From: Macrostomum lignano
Taxonomy: Eukaryota
Assembly: GCA_002269645.1 (NCBI GenBank)
Contig: NIVC01002114.1
Location: 62,001-126,000 of the forward strand
Length of the DNA stretch: 64,000 nt
Direction: 5' to 3'
Part shown: piece by piece, positions 24,056 through 37,543 of the stretch
Layout: each line of letters starts with the position of its first letter
Numbering within the stretch: position 1 is the stretch's first letter
Made by a program: the position numbers and the translations under genes
Notes under the pieces: model-generated
The model's input: the letters and a program-made list of their open reading frames with translations, nothing else
What the model was told of the DNA's origin: nothing
Databases searched by the model: none

Positions 24056-24230
24056 CGATGATATAGTTTGTCGGCAGAACAGTGTTGTTTGTGTTGATCA
24101 GTTTAATGGCAAGTGAGTGGACAAAAAAAAGACTAGAATGCCTTGTGCTCTTCTCTTTTTTTCAACAAAAATGTCAACATTTATTGTTGTTAAATTTGCC
24201 TAGACGGGCGTAAGATCTTGGAGTTTATTT

Positions 24231-24835
24231 GTCTAGACTTAGTGAGATCTCAGAGCTGTCTAGTCTAGAATGAGATCTCAGAGCTGTCTAGACTAGGGTG
24301 AGATCTCAGAGCTGTCTATTCTAGGGTGAGATATCGGAGCTGTCTAGACTAGGGTGAGATTTCAGAGCTGTCTAGACTAGGGTGAGATCTCGGAGCTGTC
24401 TAGACTAGGGTGAGATATCGGAGCTGTCTAGACTAGGGTGAGATATCGGAGCTGTCTAGACTAGGGTGAGATATCGGAGCTGTCTAGACTAGGGTGAGAT
24501 ATCGGAGCTGTCTAGACTAGGGTGAGATATCGGAGCTGTCTAGACTAGGGTGAGATATCGGAGCTGTCTAGACTAGGGTGAGATATCGGAGCTGTCTAGA
24601 CTAGGGTGAGATATCGGAGCTGTCTAGACTAGGGTGAGATATCGGAGCTGTCTAGACTAGGGTGAGATATCGGAGCTGTCTAGACTAGGGTGAGATATCG
24701 GAGCTTTCTAGACTAGGGTGAGATCTCGGAGCTGTCTAGACTAGGGTGAGATATCAGAGCTGTCTAGACTAGGGTGAGATATCAGAGCTGTCTAGACTAG
24801 GGTGAGATCTCGGAGCTGTCTAGACTAACTAGGGT
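24231..24835. repeat. 28-bp minisatellite (GAGCTGTCTAGACTAGGGTGAGATATCG), about 21 copies
   Basis: Unit starts at 24421 and 24449 (period 28). Confidence 0.97.
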
Positions 24836-26054
24836 TTGATTGTAGCACCAGTCAAACAAAAAAACTATATATCCAGAAATGCACATTTTTGTATTGATTT
24901 CTCGAGTTCATTTAGCGATTCATACAGGCTGAGTGCAGTCTGGATATCGATGCAGCACAGCGGGTTGTACTCGTAAAACTCTAAGTGGCTCAAATCAGAT
25001 CTAGATATATTCCTCATCAAAATTGGTGCCTGATTAGCGCTAACACTGCTCGCTGCATATGGGAGCGAGAAATTCTGTGATTTGATTGACTCGCTCTCTC
25101 ACTCGCTGCTGGTCTTGTCTGTCTTGCTCATATTTTTTCTCTGATCTTCAGCGTATTTCTTATACGAGTATATATACTCTGGACAAATTTGAGCTTAGCT
25201 ACCGCTTGATCGCGGCACAAAAAATTTTATCGTTAGGCTGCGGCTGGACGAGCAATTGGAGAAATGGCTGCAGGGGCTCTGTGGTGGTTGGTTTGGTTTA
25301 GTAGATTTAGGGTGTGTGATGTTCTGAGGCTGCTGGGCTGGTAGGCCTCCATGCCACATCAGTGAGCTAATTGGATTGGCTAGGGAGGCTGCAGCGCTCC
25401 TGCAGTTCTAGCATTCCTACTCTCCTCTCTATAGGCCAGTGGCTGTGGAGGGCGGAGCTGGGATGGAGCTAATGAGGTGAACAAATCCCTGATGGAACGG
25501 CGCCCCCTGTCTCGACCCGCCCTCGTGTCGTGTCTTTATTATTTGAGCTGCTCAATCTCGCCGGCCCTCTAAAACTGCAGCATTGGATCCGAAATCTATC
25601 TCTAGATATCTTACTCGATTGCTCGAACTCGGAACTCTTTTAGCTCGTGATCAGGAATTATAATTAATTAACGGTGGGCGCATCTCACCCAACCTGCTCA
25701 GGTTGCATACACCCACTGATTTGACTAGCAAAGGAAGTATAGGTGAGTTATTATTAAGGCGAGGTCGACTTTTTGCCTCATTAAATTTGCGTATACTTTT
25801 TGCTTCCGCTGTTGCATCCTTTGCCATATTTGGGTTTACTTTTTTGATCACTATATCAGTATGAGTTGGAGCTTGAGCTCGTGTATAAACTACTGAAGCA
25901 TACTAGATTTATTAGGTATTTTGTGTTCATACAAACTACTGAAGCATAGTATATTTATTAGGTATTTGATTGTGTTCAATAGCAGCCTAATAATAAAGGC
26001 TAGATGTTTAAAATTGTAAAATGTTATGGCAGTGGCATACCTCGTCAACTCGCA

Positions 26055-26465
26055 AACCACCAAGAGACAGGGGGCACCTACCAAGAGACAGGGGACGCCT
26101 ACCAAGAGACAGGAGGCACCTACCAAGAAACAGGGCCGCCCACCAAGAGACGGGGCGCCTACCAAGAGACGGGCGCCCACCATATACAGGGGTGCCCACC
26201 AAGAGACAGGGCAGCCCACCAAGATACAGGGCCGCCTACCAAGAGACGGGGGCGCCTACCAAGAGACAGGGGGCGCCTACCAAGAGACGGGCGCCCACCA
26301 GAGACAGGGGCGCCCAGCAAGAGACAAGGACGCCCAGCAAGAGACAAGGACGCCCACCAAGAGACAGGGCCGCCCACCAAGAGACGGGCCGCCCATCGGA
26401 GAGAGGGGCGCTCACCAAGAGACAGGGGCGCCCATGCATGAAGAGACAGGGGGCGCCCACCAAGA
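26055..26465. repeat. 18-20-bp GC-rich minisatellite (CCAAGAGACAGGGGCGCCYA)
   Basis: About 20 imperfect copies; source of several spurious overlapping ORFs. Confidence 0.93.
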
Positions 26466-29133
26466 CATGATATACTGACACCCCATTAGGGTTGCGGCCT
26501 CTCCAATCAGAATTCCTGCTTAATCCACTGTTTACTTGAGCCTTGAGTAGCGGAGCATTCTAACGCATTTAGGAGTCTCAAATCATCCCAAAGTCCCGGG
26601 TACGATTCCGCGCCCGGAAGCTGCTTGACCTGAGGCTACATGTAGTCGAAGGCCAATAGCAATAACGACACTGTCCTGACAACTGTTGAAGTTAATTTCT
26701 TGATTTTCGTTATTAAGTTATTATTTTTTGTTTACACGCAAATCCGCGATATTATACGTAAACTAAGCCCTTGAAGATAAACTATTGAATATCTTCTCTG
26801 GGTGGGGGGGGGGGGGGTTCGTAGCCAGACAGGATGTGATGGCTGAGCCGCAGCTGGCACTGGCTTGAGTCTTCATTGATAATAGGGATATTTGTTTATG
26901 CTTGAAGATATCCCGCGGTGCATTTCGAATAAGATAAGCCAAAAACATTTTCGTTGCGTTGTCGTCTTAATTATAATTAAATTTTTTTCCACCACACTGC
27001 ACTGCACACAAAATGGTTTTGAGTCTAAGGCGAAGCACATGGTTATGAATATGCATTATTCAACGCCACTGGGACCCGCAAGATAAGAGCGAGGCCGGCG
27101 CATAATCCCTGTTAATAACCTATTTTATATGGTTTATGTAAGCTACCTTTTTGCGATATCTTTTTTCTTCGGCAAAGAGGCGAGCGATTCCTCTCTCCCG
27201 CCTCTCTCTCTCCTAGTCGCACTCAAGGGATCTAACTGGGACTATCAAGGTATAGAGCTATCGGGAAAAGGATTTTTGCGTGTGTCATCACCTATAGCCT
27301 ATTGCTAAATATCTCATTCCCAATTCCTGCAGCTGGTTGAGCTCAAAAGTCAGTGGAGCATTGCGGGGGGGGGCGGAATGCCTTGTGCCAAATCTAGAAC
27401 ACGGAAAGACAATTAGAGCTGCATCACTGACAAGGGATCTCCGATCTCAATCTCCAAAATCCTATTTACTTTCTCTAGACTGAACAGTCACTGTACGCAG
27501 CTAGCGTGCTATACCCTTTCTTGAGCCTGTCTTGATTCTGTTGTGTGTTAATTTACTGACTTTGAACACTACGTATACCCAGCTAGTTAATACTGATGTG
27601 GCTTACCGATCAACTAACTGCGTGCCGACGGACCACAGCTCTAGAGGAAGTGGGCAAACTACACAATAGGCTAAACAATGTACGAGTATTATGTAGAACA
27701 ATTGCATTGTTAAACAGACGTCAATGAGCTAGTTGAGAAGCTTTGTGTGTAAAAGAGAATGGAGACCGATTCTTTGTATGAGGCTATAGCTAAATAAATC
27801 AATCAATAATTCCGTGTTTTTTGTTTGAACTGGTCGAAAATCTCTTGTTATTTTACAGACAATATAGCCCCCGATTCCTTCAACTGAATTCACTTTCCCA
27901 GTTCCTGGGTTTTTCTTCGAAAGATTCGGCATGCGTATTTACACTTTAGGTCAATTTCTTCTTTTCCCAACAACAGGAGGGACGACATTGCTTGTGTCAC
28001 AAACTATTTTTAAATGAGACACATCTTACAGTGTATAGGAAGTTGTTCAGGGAGAAAAACTGGCCCCTATAGCCACGTGGATACAGGAGGGGGGTGGGGT
28101 TGGGTGTCCATATCCGCCTCTCTAAAAGGGGATTCGCATACTAAATTGGCGCGCGTGAATTTTTGGCTAGCGAAGCGGAGACAAGCCTCTCCTCAGCAAG
28201 GGCTGGGTTCATTGTACTTGAGCACGCGAAACTCACCATGCCGCGTTAAGCACTCAAGTGCTGCTGCCCTGCGCGAGCGGCGTTCCTTTTTAATCTGAAG
28301 AAGAGTTGCAACAATAAATTTTTTGGAGAGCAATTTTTGCCACCTCGTTGACTGGCTTATTGTAGCTGCCTGCATCTGCTTCACTTGGACAACAAAGCTT
28401 ACCACACTCTGTACCTTCTCAAAGCCATGGCCTAAATAGATTTTTTCACCCTAAATTCAAGCCCCACCCTCTGCAACTGCTCTAATTCTATTGTCGCTTG
28501 CTCATTCATAAATCACGCAAAGAGGACTTTGATGGTATGGAAACTGTACTATAGATGATAGGGACCGTGCCAAAACGTTGCCTGATGGTGCTGTGATTGT
28601 AAAAAAGCATTTATTCACTCATCTTTAGTGTACGGTCGGCACTTAATCTGCTGTGCAAAATTGCTTTTATTACAAAAGTGGTCCCTATAGTGAAAGCGGT
28701 CTAATTTGACTCACTCAGAAGTTCATTCAATCTGGGGTGCGCGATCATTCTTTCGCAAGAAAAGCTGTCACGCACTTTCTCTTATTCAAGACCTTGGTGT
28801 TTTATTAATCGCATTTGCTCCAGCTCCCGGGGCTCTAGCGCTGAAGGATCCGTCCATATCGTGTTGACAAAAGATAACTGATGGTATTACAGACCTGTGT
28901 CGAAGAACATCTGGAAACTCCTACTCCTGCCAAAAGCGTGATAATTTGAATTTTACATTGAAGGCGTACATGTACATGTACATAGAGGTCATGGAAAAAT
29001 CGTTTCGCATCATTGACAGAGCGTTGTGCAGTCAGGATGAAGTCTGTCGTGCCAATTGATTGCGGCGAATCACGCGAGGAGGGCATGTCTCGAGTTGAAA
29101 TTGGTCACGACCAATGCTGATGCTAAAAACGCA

Positions 29134-30887
29134 ACAACAACAACAACAAGGTACTGCTCCCGCCGGCCACGCAGTAGCCAGAAAGGGGGAGCAGTCAGAA
29201 AGCGCGTCTCTGGGCCATTGCCCTCAGGAAGTCGCATCCCCCTGCTTGGTCCGGGGCGCCAGCGTCACTCAAAAGTCGGTCAGGGTATCGCAACGTTCGC
29301 CCTTGGCCTCGCCTCCGCGGTCCCTGCAGCTTGAGCAGCAGCACGTCGTGTAGCGGCTCAGGACAGCGGGCCTCCGACCGGATGACGTGGCCAGCCAGTC
29401 GAAGTCGCCGCCCGCGCAGCAGGTCAGAAGGCCGCGTCAGGCGCGCCCTAGTGTAGAGCGCGGCATTGGTCTCGCTGCCTGGGCCGCTGCGCACTCCGAA
29501 AGCCGCACGCAGCATTGCCGCATGCGCAGCGTCCAGCTGCCTCTCCAAGGCGTCCGTCAGGGTCCAAGTCTCGGCGTTGTACAACAGGACAGTCTCGACG
29601 ACTGCCTGAAACAGCCGAGCCTTGAGCCCGTCGTCCAGGGCCTCAGATTGGAGCACGGAGCGCACAGATCGAAATGCGGCCCAGGCCAGTCCTCGTCGTC
29701 TCTTCAGGTCGTCGGCAACGTCCGGCACGGAACCGCCGAGGTACACAAAGCGCTCGCAGCGGGTAAGCATAAATGCATTCCCGGCAGCGTCTCGGTAATT
29801 GATCTCGGCCGGCAAGTCGGAGGGCACCGTGAACACTACCGTCCTCCGCGCGTTCAGCTAAAGGCCGACCCGCGACGCTGCCGCCGTCAGGCCATCAAGC
29901 AGCCGCTGGGCACCTTCGTCCGTCGATGAAAGTAGCGCGAGGTCGTCCGCGTAGCCGAGAACGGAGAGCCGCTTCTCCGGGTGCCGCCGACTCGTGCGTC
30001 TTCTCAAAAGGAAGCCGTCATCCAGGTTGGGCAGGCCGGTTCTCAGCACCCAGTCCAGTGCCAGCACAAACAGAAAAGGCGCCAAAGTGTCACCCTGCAG
30101 CACGCCTGACGACGTGCTGAATTGGTCTGACAGTCCATCTGGCGTCATCACCGAAGCGGTCGTGTCCTGGTACATCGCCATGATGGCGGAAATCAGTTGC
30201 TCCGGTACATTGTACGCACGAAGCACGAGAGGCAGCGCGCCGCGAGCCAGCGAGTCGAAGGCCTTGAGGAAATCAATGAAGATCACCACGAGACTTGACT
30301 GATGGATGCGCGCCTCCTCGATGATGCGGCGGAGGGCTAGGATCTGCGTCACTGTGCCGCGATGTGGGCGGAACCCGTTCTGCTCAGTTCGCAGGAACTG
30401 GTCCAGCACAGGCTGTAACCGAGCCAGCAGCACCCGGTTGAACAGCTTCGCGGCGCAGGACATAAGCGAGATCCCCCTGTGCTCCTCCTTCCGTGTCGTG
30501 CCTGGCTTCTTCGGGATCGCGACGATGTGCGCGGTTGTCCACTCGCGGGGCGCGGCATCTCCAGAAAGGACACCGTTCATCACACGAGCCACCTCAATGG
30601 CGACCGTTGTGACTCGCAGCACCTCGATAGGCACCTCGTCCGGTCCCGGGGCGCGACCTCCCGGCGCCTGGCGAGCGAACTGCACAACGTCGTTGCTGGT
30701 CACTGGCTGGGTGTTGAAATCTTCCTGCGACGGCAGCGCCGTCTCGAGCGGCAGTGGCATCACTTCTGGCAGAGGCGGTGGCGGCGCGTTGACGATATCG
30801 GCGAAGAAGTCGCGTAGCTCATTTCTGCGCGCTTCTGGCGTGTCGCCGGTCATTTAGCACCGTTCTCTTCTTGCGACCAGTCAAACG
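29134..30887 (-). mobile_element. Young 5'-truncated RTE-like non-LTR retrotransposon; RT frame 30853-29195 with one in-frame TAG (29858-29860)
   Basis: RT motifs GPDEVPIEVL, EHRGISLMSCAAKLFN, EQNGFR, FIDFLKAFDS, GVLQGDTLAPFLF, YADD, FVYLGG, AGHVIR. The two listed ORFs share one frame separated by a single stop. (TTG)n tail near 29132-29149 and 10-bp TSD TAAAAACGCA at 29124-29133 and 30888-30897. No endonuclease domain. Confidence 0.95.
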
Positions 30888-31176
30888 TAAAAACGCACTA
30901 ACTAATATAGCCTTACAAAAAGATGCTTAAAATTGTTTCTATACACTTGTAAATGTTGATTGATTCGGTTAAGTTTATTAATTTACCTGTATAACTTTAC
31001 GTGAATTCTCTGATACTATTCGGATTTTTATAAACTTGATTAGTGATATTATCAGGAACAATTCTAAGAATGAAAGCTAAAAGAACTGGTTTTGGAACAC
31101 ACCTCCTGTTAAGCAATTTACATTCAACTTTGTTTGATTATTTAATAGAAGCAATGTGTAACGTGTAGAATGTAGA

Positions 31177-32140
31177 TTCTTTCCATTCTTCCCATCGATC
31201 CCATTTTTCCATTCTTCCCATCGATCTCATTCTTCCCATTCTTCACATCGATCTCATTCCATTCTTCCCATCGATCTCATTCTTTCCATTCTTCCCATCG
31301 ATCTCATTCTTTCCATTCTTCCCATCGATCCCATTCTTCCCATTCTTCCCATCGATACCATTCTTTCCATTCTTCCCATCGATCTCATTCTTCCCATTCT
31401 TCCCATCGATCTCATTCTTCCCATTCTTCCCATCGATCTCTTTCTTTCCATTCTTCCCATCGATCCCATTTTTCCATTCTTCCCATCGATCTCATTCTTC
31501 CCATTCTTCCCATCGATCTCATTCTTTCCATTCTTCCCATCGATCTCATTCTTCCCATTCTTCCCATCGATCTCATTCTTTCCATTCTTCTCATCAATCT
31601 CATTCTTCCTATTCTTCCCATCGATCTCATTCTTTCCATTCTTCCCATCGATCTCATTCTTCCCATTCTTCCCATCGATACCATTCTTTCCATTCTTCCC
31701 ATCGATCTCATTCTTCCCATTCTTCCCATCGATCTCATTCTTCCCATTCTTCCCATCGATCTCTTTCTTTCCATTCTTCCCATTTTTCGATCGATCCCAC
31801 CTTTTCCATTCTTCCCATCGATCCCATTCTTCCCATCGATCTCATTCTTTCCATTCTTCACATCGATCTCATTCTTCCCATTCTTCCCATCGATCTCATT
31901 CTTCCCATCGATCCCATTCTTTCCATTCTTCCCATCGATCCCATTCTTTCCATTCTTCCCATCGATACCATTCTTCCCATTCTTCCCATCGATACTCTTC
32001 TTCCCATTCTTCCCATCGATCCCATTCAGCCCATTCTTCCCATAGATTATATTCTTCCCATAGATACCATTCTTCCCATGATCTCATTTTCCCATAGATA
32101 CCATTCTTCCCGTACCATCCCATTTTCCCATTCTTCCCAT
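31177..32140. repeat. Pyrimidine-rich minisatellite built from 9-bp subunits (TTCCCATCGATCTCATTCTTCCCATTC, about 27 bp)
   Basis: Seen directly; produces the MGRM/WEEW spurious ORFs. Confidence 0.95.
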
Positions 32141-33825
32141 ACGAGCTAGATAGTCATATGCGCTTGTTTACACCTCTAGGCATCCAGATGGATTCAACCC
32201 GAACCCAAAACAATCAGAATCTGGTGGAAGCTGCAGTCCAATTTTAATTGAGAAATTCCATCCCTGGAATTTGCATGCATCCCTGCCTCAGTTCGATCCT
32301 AGTAGGTTTGTTCAGCGACATTCAGCAAGCATCTTCAGGCTGCAATGATTTTGCGTAATTTAATTCCTCTTTAAAGCTATTATAAGAATCCTGATTGATT
32401 TGCCAAATCTCCTGTTAAAATTGCGTTGCACAAGCAGAATATCCCGGACTGCCACTTATGTTGGTGCAACGTTTTTCCAATCATTGAAATTAGGTGTTTC
32501 TTTAACATTTAAATTACATTAATTTTGACCCGCTTTGTACGGTTTTTTCAACGTTGTAGGCCAACGTTGGTAACCCACCATTAAACAACCTTCTAACAAC
32601 CTTTCTGTGAGAGCTCGTACATACTACTAGCAGTAGTGAGCACAGTAAAGGCACTCAATCTTGTTTTTATATATTGAAGCCTATAGTTTGCAACGCAGGA
32701 TTTGCCTCATTTTTCTGTAATATCAACAAAAGAAACTCACTCGGTATCAGAGCTAGTTTATGAAAGCGAGTATATTTATTTTATTTTTATTAACAAAAAA
32801 GTTCACATATAGCTTTTTTACGATATATTGGCGATGTTCATAAATATTAGCATAGAGTTAAGAAAGTAAAGAAGGTTTTACATGTAGTACGAGCGTACTG
32901 CAATACTGTAGTATTGCAATGTAGTACTGTTAAAGAAACATTTTTACATGTAGTACTGCAATGTAAGAAGACACAAGAGTAAGTACAACATTAAGCTTGG
33001 GGTTACATACTTGGGATACATGGGCTATCATTTATGTAACCTTTAGTCTTCAGTGGTAATCCGACCCGATTAATTTCACACATACATTTTACACATTCAA
33101 GTAAAACACTTAGTAAAATTTTCTAAAAGTTTAAACTACAAAAAGATGCAGCAGACTAACAGACGCGAAAAACAAAGCAAAAGGTTTTATCTGCTTCACT
33201 AAGCTTAAAAAATACATTCACTTTTAATATAATTTGGCAAACGCACTTTTCGAAAATTTAGCTCACTACTGTTAGTAGCTAATACTGCACAAACAGTAAA
33301 CCTTAAGCGACCGAAACAGTTAAATTATGAAAGATTATGCACAACCAGACATAAAAAGTTTTTTAATCTGATATATAAGAACAGAATAAGATAATATTTT
33401 ACTAAAACTAAACATAAAATGATTTCTAAGATCAGCCAGGCCCCTTTTATAAAAATAAGATTAATCCTGTCTACAAAGTCCCAAGCTCCTGCACCGAAGG
33501 TTTACCCTTTCGGCTTTCTACGATTTCTAAGAAACCCTTAGCAATTAGATAGTTAAAATTACTTATTTTTTTCACTTTGTGATAACAATTGAACCAAGGT
33601 TGCTTTTTACCTGTTTGGTATACACTTTCATATCAACGATTTTTAAATCTAGACTTTAATATTAAAGCGACACAGTTCATGGCCCCTATATGCAAACTTT
33701 CATTTTTGCTTTTCTTATTCAATCGATTTTACTAGTGCTGGTCCTAAAAATTATATCACCCTGGATTAAATACCAAGATTGAATAGCTAACATATGAGGA
33801 GAGGAAACATACATAGTGCACAGCT

Positions 33826-35560
33826 TTAGTTTGAGTAAATTTGATCCAACAAGTCAAAGTCGTCTTCATCATCAGCCTCCATCGACTCTTCTGAAGAAGA
33901 TGCGACAGCTCCAGCTGCCATCTCGAGCTGCTGTGAAGCCTGGCTCTGCTTCTTCACTCGAGTGCCGGCGTGCCTCAAATGTTCGGCCACGGCTAGGCCC
34001 ACCGAAACTGCAGTTGCGTCCTTGAAAATGCCTCCTGCTGCATCTGAAGCAAAAAAAGTATAAATTGATAATTTGTATTTTTCCATGTCCATAACCTTAT
34101 TAAAAACCGTTTCATTAACTGTTGCAATCTTCGATTTTACTGCCTACTTAGTGGTTTAGATATTATATGCACTACTCATGTACTTACTAGCAATGATCGG
34201 CAGCAGTCCGAGACTCGAAAAACTCTTTTTTGATTTGCCTTGGCGGGTTGCTCCACGAAGGCTCATCTGAGCCGCCAGTTCATCGGTCATCAGAAGCCGC
34301 AGTATATTAAAGACTAGATGATTGAGTCGTCTCCCTCCAAGTGAGCGAAAGTGCGACACCTTGAATGGACGAGATAAAGTAGTTAAAATAATTACGAGCG
34401 TACCTCTGTGATTTTTTCGCCTGATATACTATGCATTCAAATGATAGCAACATTGGCAGCTTACAGCGTGTTTGACAGCCTTTCGATCAGACTGAAGAGC
34501 CGCCACCCAGTTTTGTAAGGCAACGAACTCTGTATATGGCAGTCCATCGAACAGACTGTGTAAGTCACCGTCATCTTCTGAAGGTCCACCAGATGTGTGA
34601 GCCACCAACTTGTTCTGAAGGTCAACCAAAGAACTTTTCACTGAAGTATGCTGTGCGCGAATCACACCTGTCAATAAATATTTTAGTCACATCTCTCTGT
34701 TGAAAATTAACCCTTTGCCATTTGGGGTTTTTCAAAGCTATATATTACGTTCGTTTATACTACATTTAAATTTAAATTTACACTGCTAGACTACTCTATC
34801 TCAATGGATTATCTCATTCAATTGTCTGTCACAACTGTCCTCAGAAATTTAAGCGTTTCGAGTTTGAAAATTATGCAGACTCACTCTCCAGTCGCTCAAC
34901 GGCTGCAGTGAGCTTCTCGACTTGTGAACTCAAGTTGGTGATACTTAGGTTGATGCCTGCAAGCCCTTCCTTTGGCAAGCTTGAGACTTGGACTGGACCA
35001 GCTGGTGTTGATTATCCTGCTGTGCAGCTTGCCGAAACGTTTCGAGCGGCGGAGGTGGAGACGCAAGGGCATGAAGCGTTGGTGGGGGTGAATCTGGAGG
35101 TCGGGCCACTCGTCGACTTTGTCTGCCAACACGCGAGCTCCCAGCTTCCACAGCTTCATTGATGAAGCGACTGACTGTCTTTCGAAGACGAGGAGCATCA
35201 GAGTCGCTTGTTTCCACTGTCCCTTTGCTCAGAAAGCGCCGTCGTAGTTTAACGGCCTCTGGGAGAGTGGCTGAAGTTTAAAATTAAAAGGCATTTTCCC
35301 TGGTGTGAGATGCGATTGCCCAAGAAAGAATTGTTGAGTAATTAAATGGAATGGACCCTTGTCTTACCTCGAGATCCGACAACTTCAACGGTTTCCACAG
35401 CCCAGTTCTCATTCGGTGTCCTGTGGCCTTTGATGGCTTGATTGTACTCTGCTGCAGGGGGCCAGTGCACAGAAGTCCCGCTTTCAAACCATTCTTTTAG
35501 GACGATTTCTACACTATCGTCTTCAAAAAGAACCAAGACAAACCTGTTGTCCGATGACAT
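33826..35560 (-). pseudogene. DUF4806-like gene, 5 exons (35560-35368, 35270-34885, 34667-34465, 34359-34188, 34043-33826), one frameshift in exon 2
   Basis: N-terminal FVLVLFEDDSVEIVLKEW...WPP...W module, a coiled-coil linker (LSSQVEKLTAAVERLE) and a C-terminal SLGG...NILRLLMTDELAAQMSLRG...KKSFSSL...AEHLRHAGTR pattern that I recognise as DUF4806-like. All four introns are GT-AG with matching phases (1,1,0,1). The frame changes between 35011 and 34948. Could be an intact gene with a sequence error. Confidence 0.7.
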
Positions 35561-36017
35561 GCTGTCTCAAAGTTGTGCTAAATACGATCTTAAAGCATAT
35601 AATCAGTCGTGATACATGCAAATCTTTGCGATAGGGAATGAAACGGAAATAAAAAACTAATGTTAGAATAGGCTTCATGGTTCAGATCTTCCGATTGGTT
35701 TGAAATTTTTGCATACAGGAAGGAGGTTTAAAAAATTTCCCCGCACGACCCAATGCGAAGCAGCTGAGCTGAATGTTACTTTAAAATTTAGTAGACTGTG
35801 AAGTCGCACGGCATTGGACGCGCCAACATCTGAACTCACGGGAGGCGCAATAGTGTTCATGCGACCCACGCTTCCAGCTTTACCAATCCAAAATTCCCAG
35901 TTCCATACTTTAAGTTTTTACACTTAACAAAATTAATTTTTTTAATTGCAGCTTTTTCATTTTAGACCCTTATGAGCTATTTATAAACTGCAGCATTTTA
36001 CAAATATAACTATGATT

Positions 36018-36219
36018 CAGGGGCGGATCTATTCAAGGGCGGCCGCCCCCCAAAAACAGCTTGATAAAAAATATTGCTTCCCCTAAGACCTAAGTTTTTT
36101 GGGGGAGCCCTTTAACTTGATTTCTGCGCCCCCTAGCTAAAAAATTGGCGCCCCTGATATTTATGTTGGCGCCCCAAACTTGGACCGCCCCCTTAAATGA
36201 AATTCTAGACCCGCCACTG
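36018..36219. mobile_element. hAT-type MITE, 202 bp
   Basis: Imperfect 15-bp TIR CAGGGGCGGATCTAT / CTAGACCCGCCACTG (12/15); 8-bp TSD CTATGATT / TTATGATT (7/8); internal GGCGCCCC repeats. Confidence 0.8.
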
Positions 36220-37543
36220 TTATGATTATATTTGATTTCATAATGTGTCCAACAACAAACAACTCGTGAAATCCAGTTGGGCAAGAAAAGATTCGTGCCT
36301 GTCTGTTGCAGATTTAAAATGCACGATTCGAAATTTTATTTCAATGTAGAAATTTATGCTACCTTAGGTTAATTAAAATTTATGAAGCAAATAAATACAA
36401 ACTAAAAAGCTAAGTGGAGAAACTGACAAGAAGCGCAGGAGAAAATATGAAACTAATGGATTGATTGGGAAGAGGATTTCAACTTCTCGCGTGTTAGCCA
36501 CTGGATATTGCACACTTTTGAGCAGTGGCACAGCAGAATAACAGAATAGACAGATAAAAAATAAATGTGTTAATACGCCCGTATATGCCAATTTTACTTA
36601 CTACAAGATGATTTAAAATATCAGGATCAAAAAATTCTACAGCAATCAACGCGTACGCTCGTATCAGAGCGTCTGTTTACTGGTGGAAGGTCTTTTATTT
36701 TTGGAAAAGTTCACGTTCAGCCGGTTCAGGCAGGCTGTTTTTCTCTCACCGATTCCATATAGTGTCACTTTATTTGCACCTAAAATGCACCTTGTAAGAA
36801 TATCATTCATTGAAGTTGGCTCAAGAATTCTTTGTTCCGTGCTTCTTTGTTCTTTGTGTTTTGCTTTAAAATGTCCCTAAGTTGGGGGTGGGGGACTAAA
36901 TTCATTCTCAGTTAACCCGAAAGCAAGCATACGCTATATATGTTGTACAGAGCTAGTATAGAATAATGCTATAGCATATGCTTGGCTGCAATTCCCACGA
37001 TGCTTCAATATAGCTTCTTGATAAGAACAGATCTTATCTTTTATCAACCTTCTGACCAGGAAATATTCTCGTCGATCAATGAACTTGCTTTTGGTTAGAA
37101 CTATATGCGCTTTGGCCTTGCTTTGCTTCTATAAACTAGGAGGTAACATGGTACAAATAAATTCATTCATTTCATGAATATGAAAAAAACCAGCTGCACA
37201 AAAATTATTGTTTTTTTCTATTGAATACAAAAAACAGAAAAAAACTAATGAATTCGAAGAACAGCGAGCTACACGGTAAATTACAAAAGCGGGGAATAAA
37301 TTGAGGGGCCGTAAATAATTATTCGCATCCTATAGTGTGCAACAGTGGAAAGGCAACCAACTTGCCATTTAGAGCGATAACAAGCGCTTTGCAGTGAAGT
37401 TCATCAATGCCTAGTATGCAACGGGTATCTGACAGGCTGCTCACAACAGAAATCATGTTGGTTTGGAAAGAGTTCACTGGGGTGTTATAAAGAGGCTCAG
37501 ATGAGCGGAAGCGTCGCACATGCAAGTAGCAGGAATTCCGGGA

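Noticed and set aside
25890-26481. Cluster of 6-frame ORFs (HQETG, PRDRG, TKRQG)
   Set aside because: GC-rich 18-20-bp minisatellite open in most frames; no domain similarity.
28558-28688. Possible 131-bp MITE (ATAGGGACC / GGTCCCTAT)
   Set aside because: Only a 9-bp inverted repeat with no clear TSD; could be chance.
32160-36290. A complete CACTA/EnSpm element enclosing the DUF4806-like gene
   Set aside because: EnSpm-like CAACGTTG repeats occur at about 32440-32600, but I could not find matching TIRs or a TSD on both sides.
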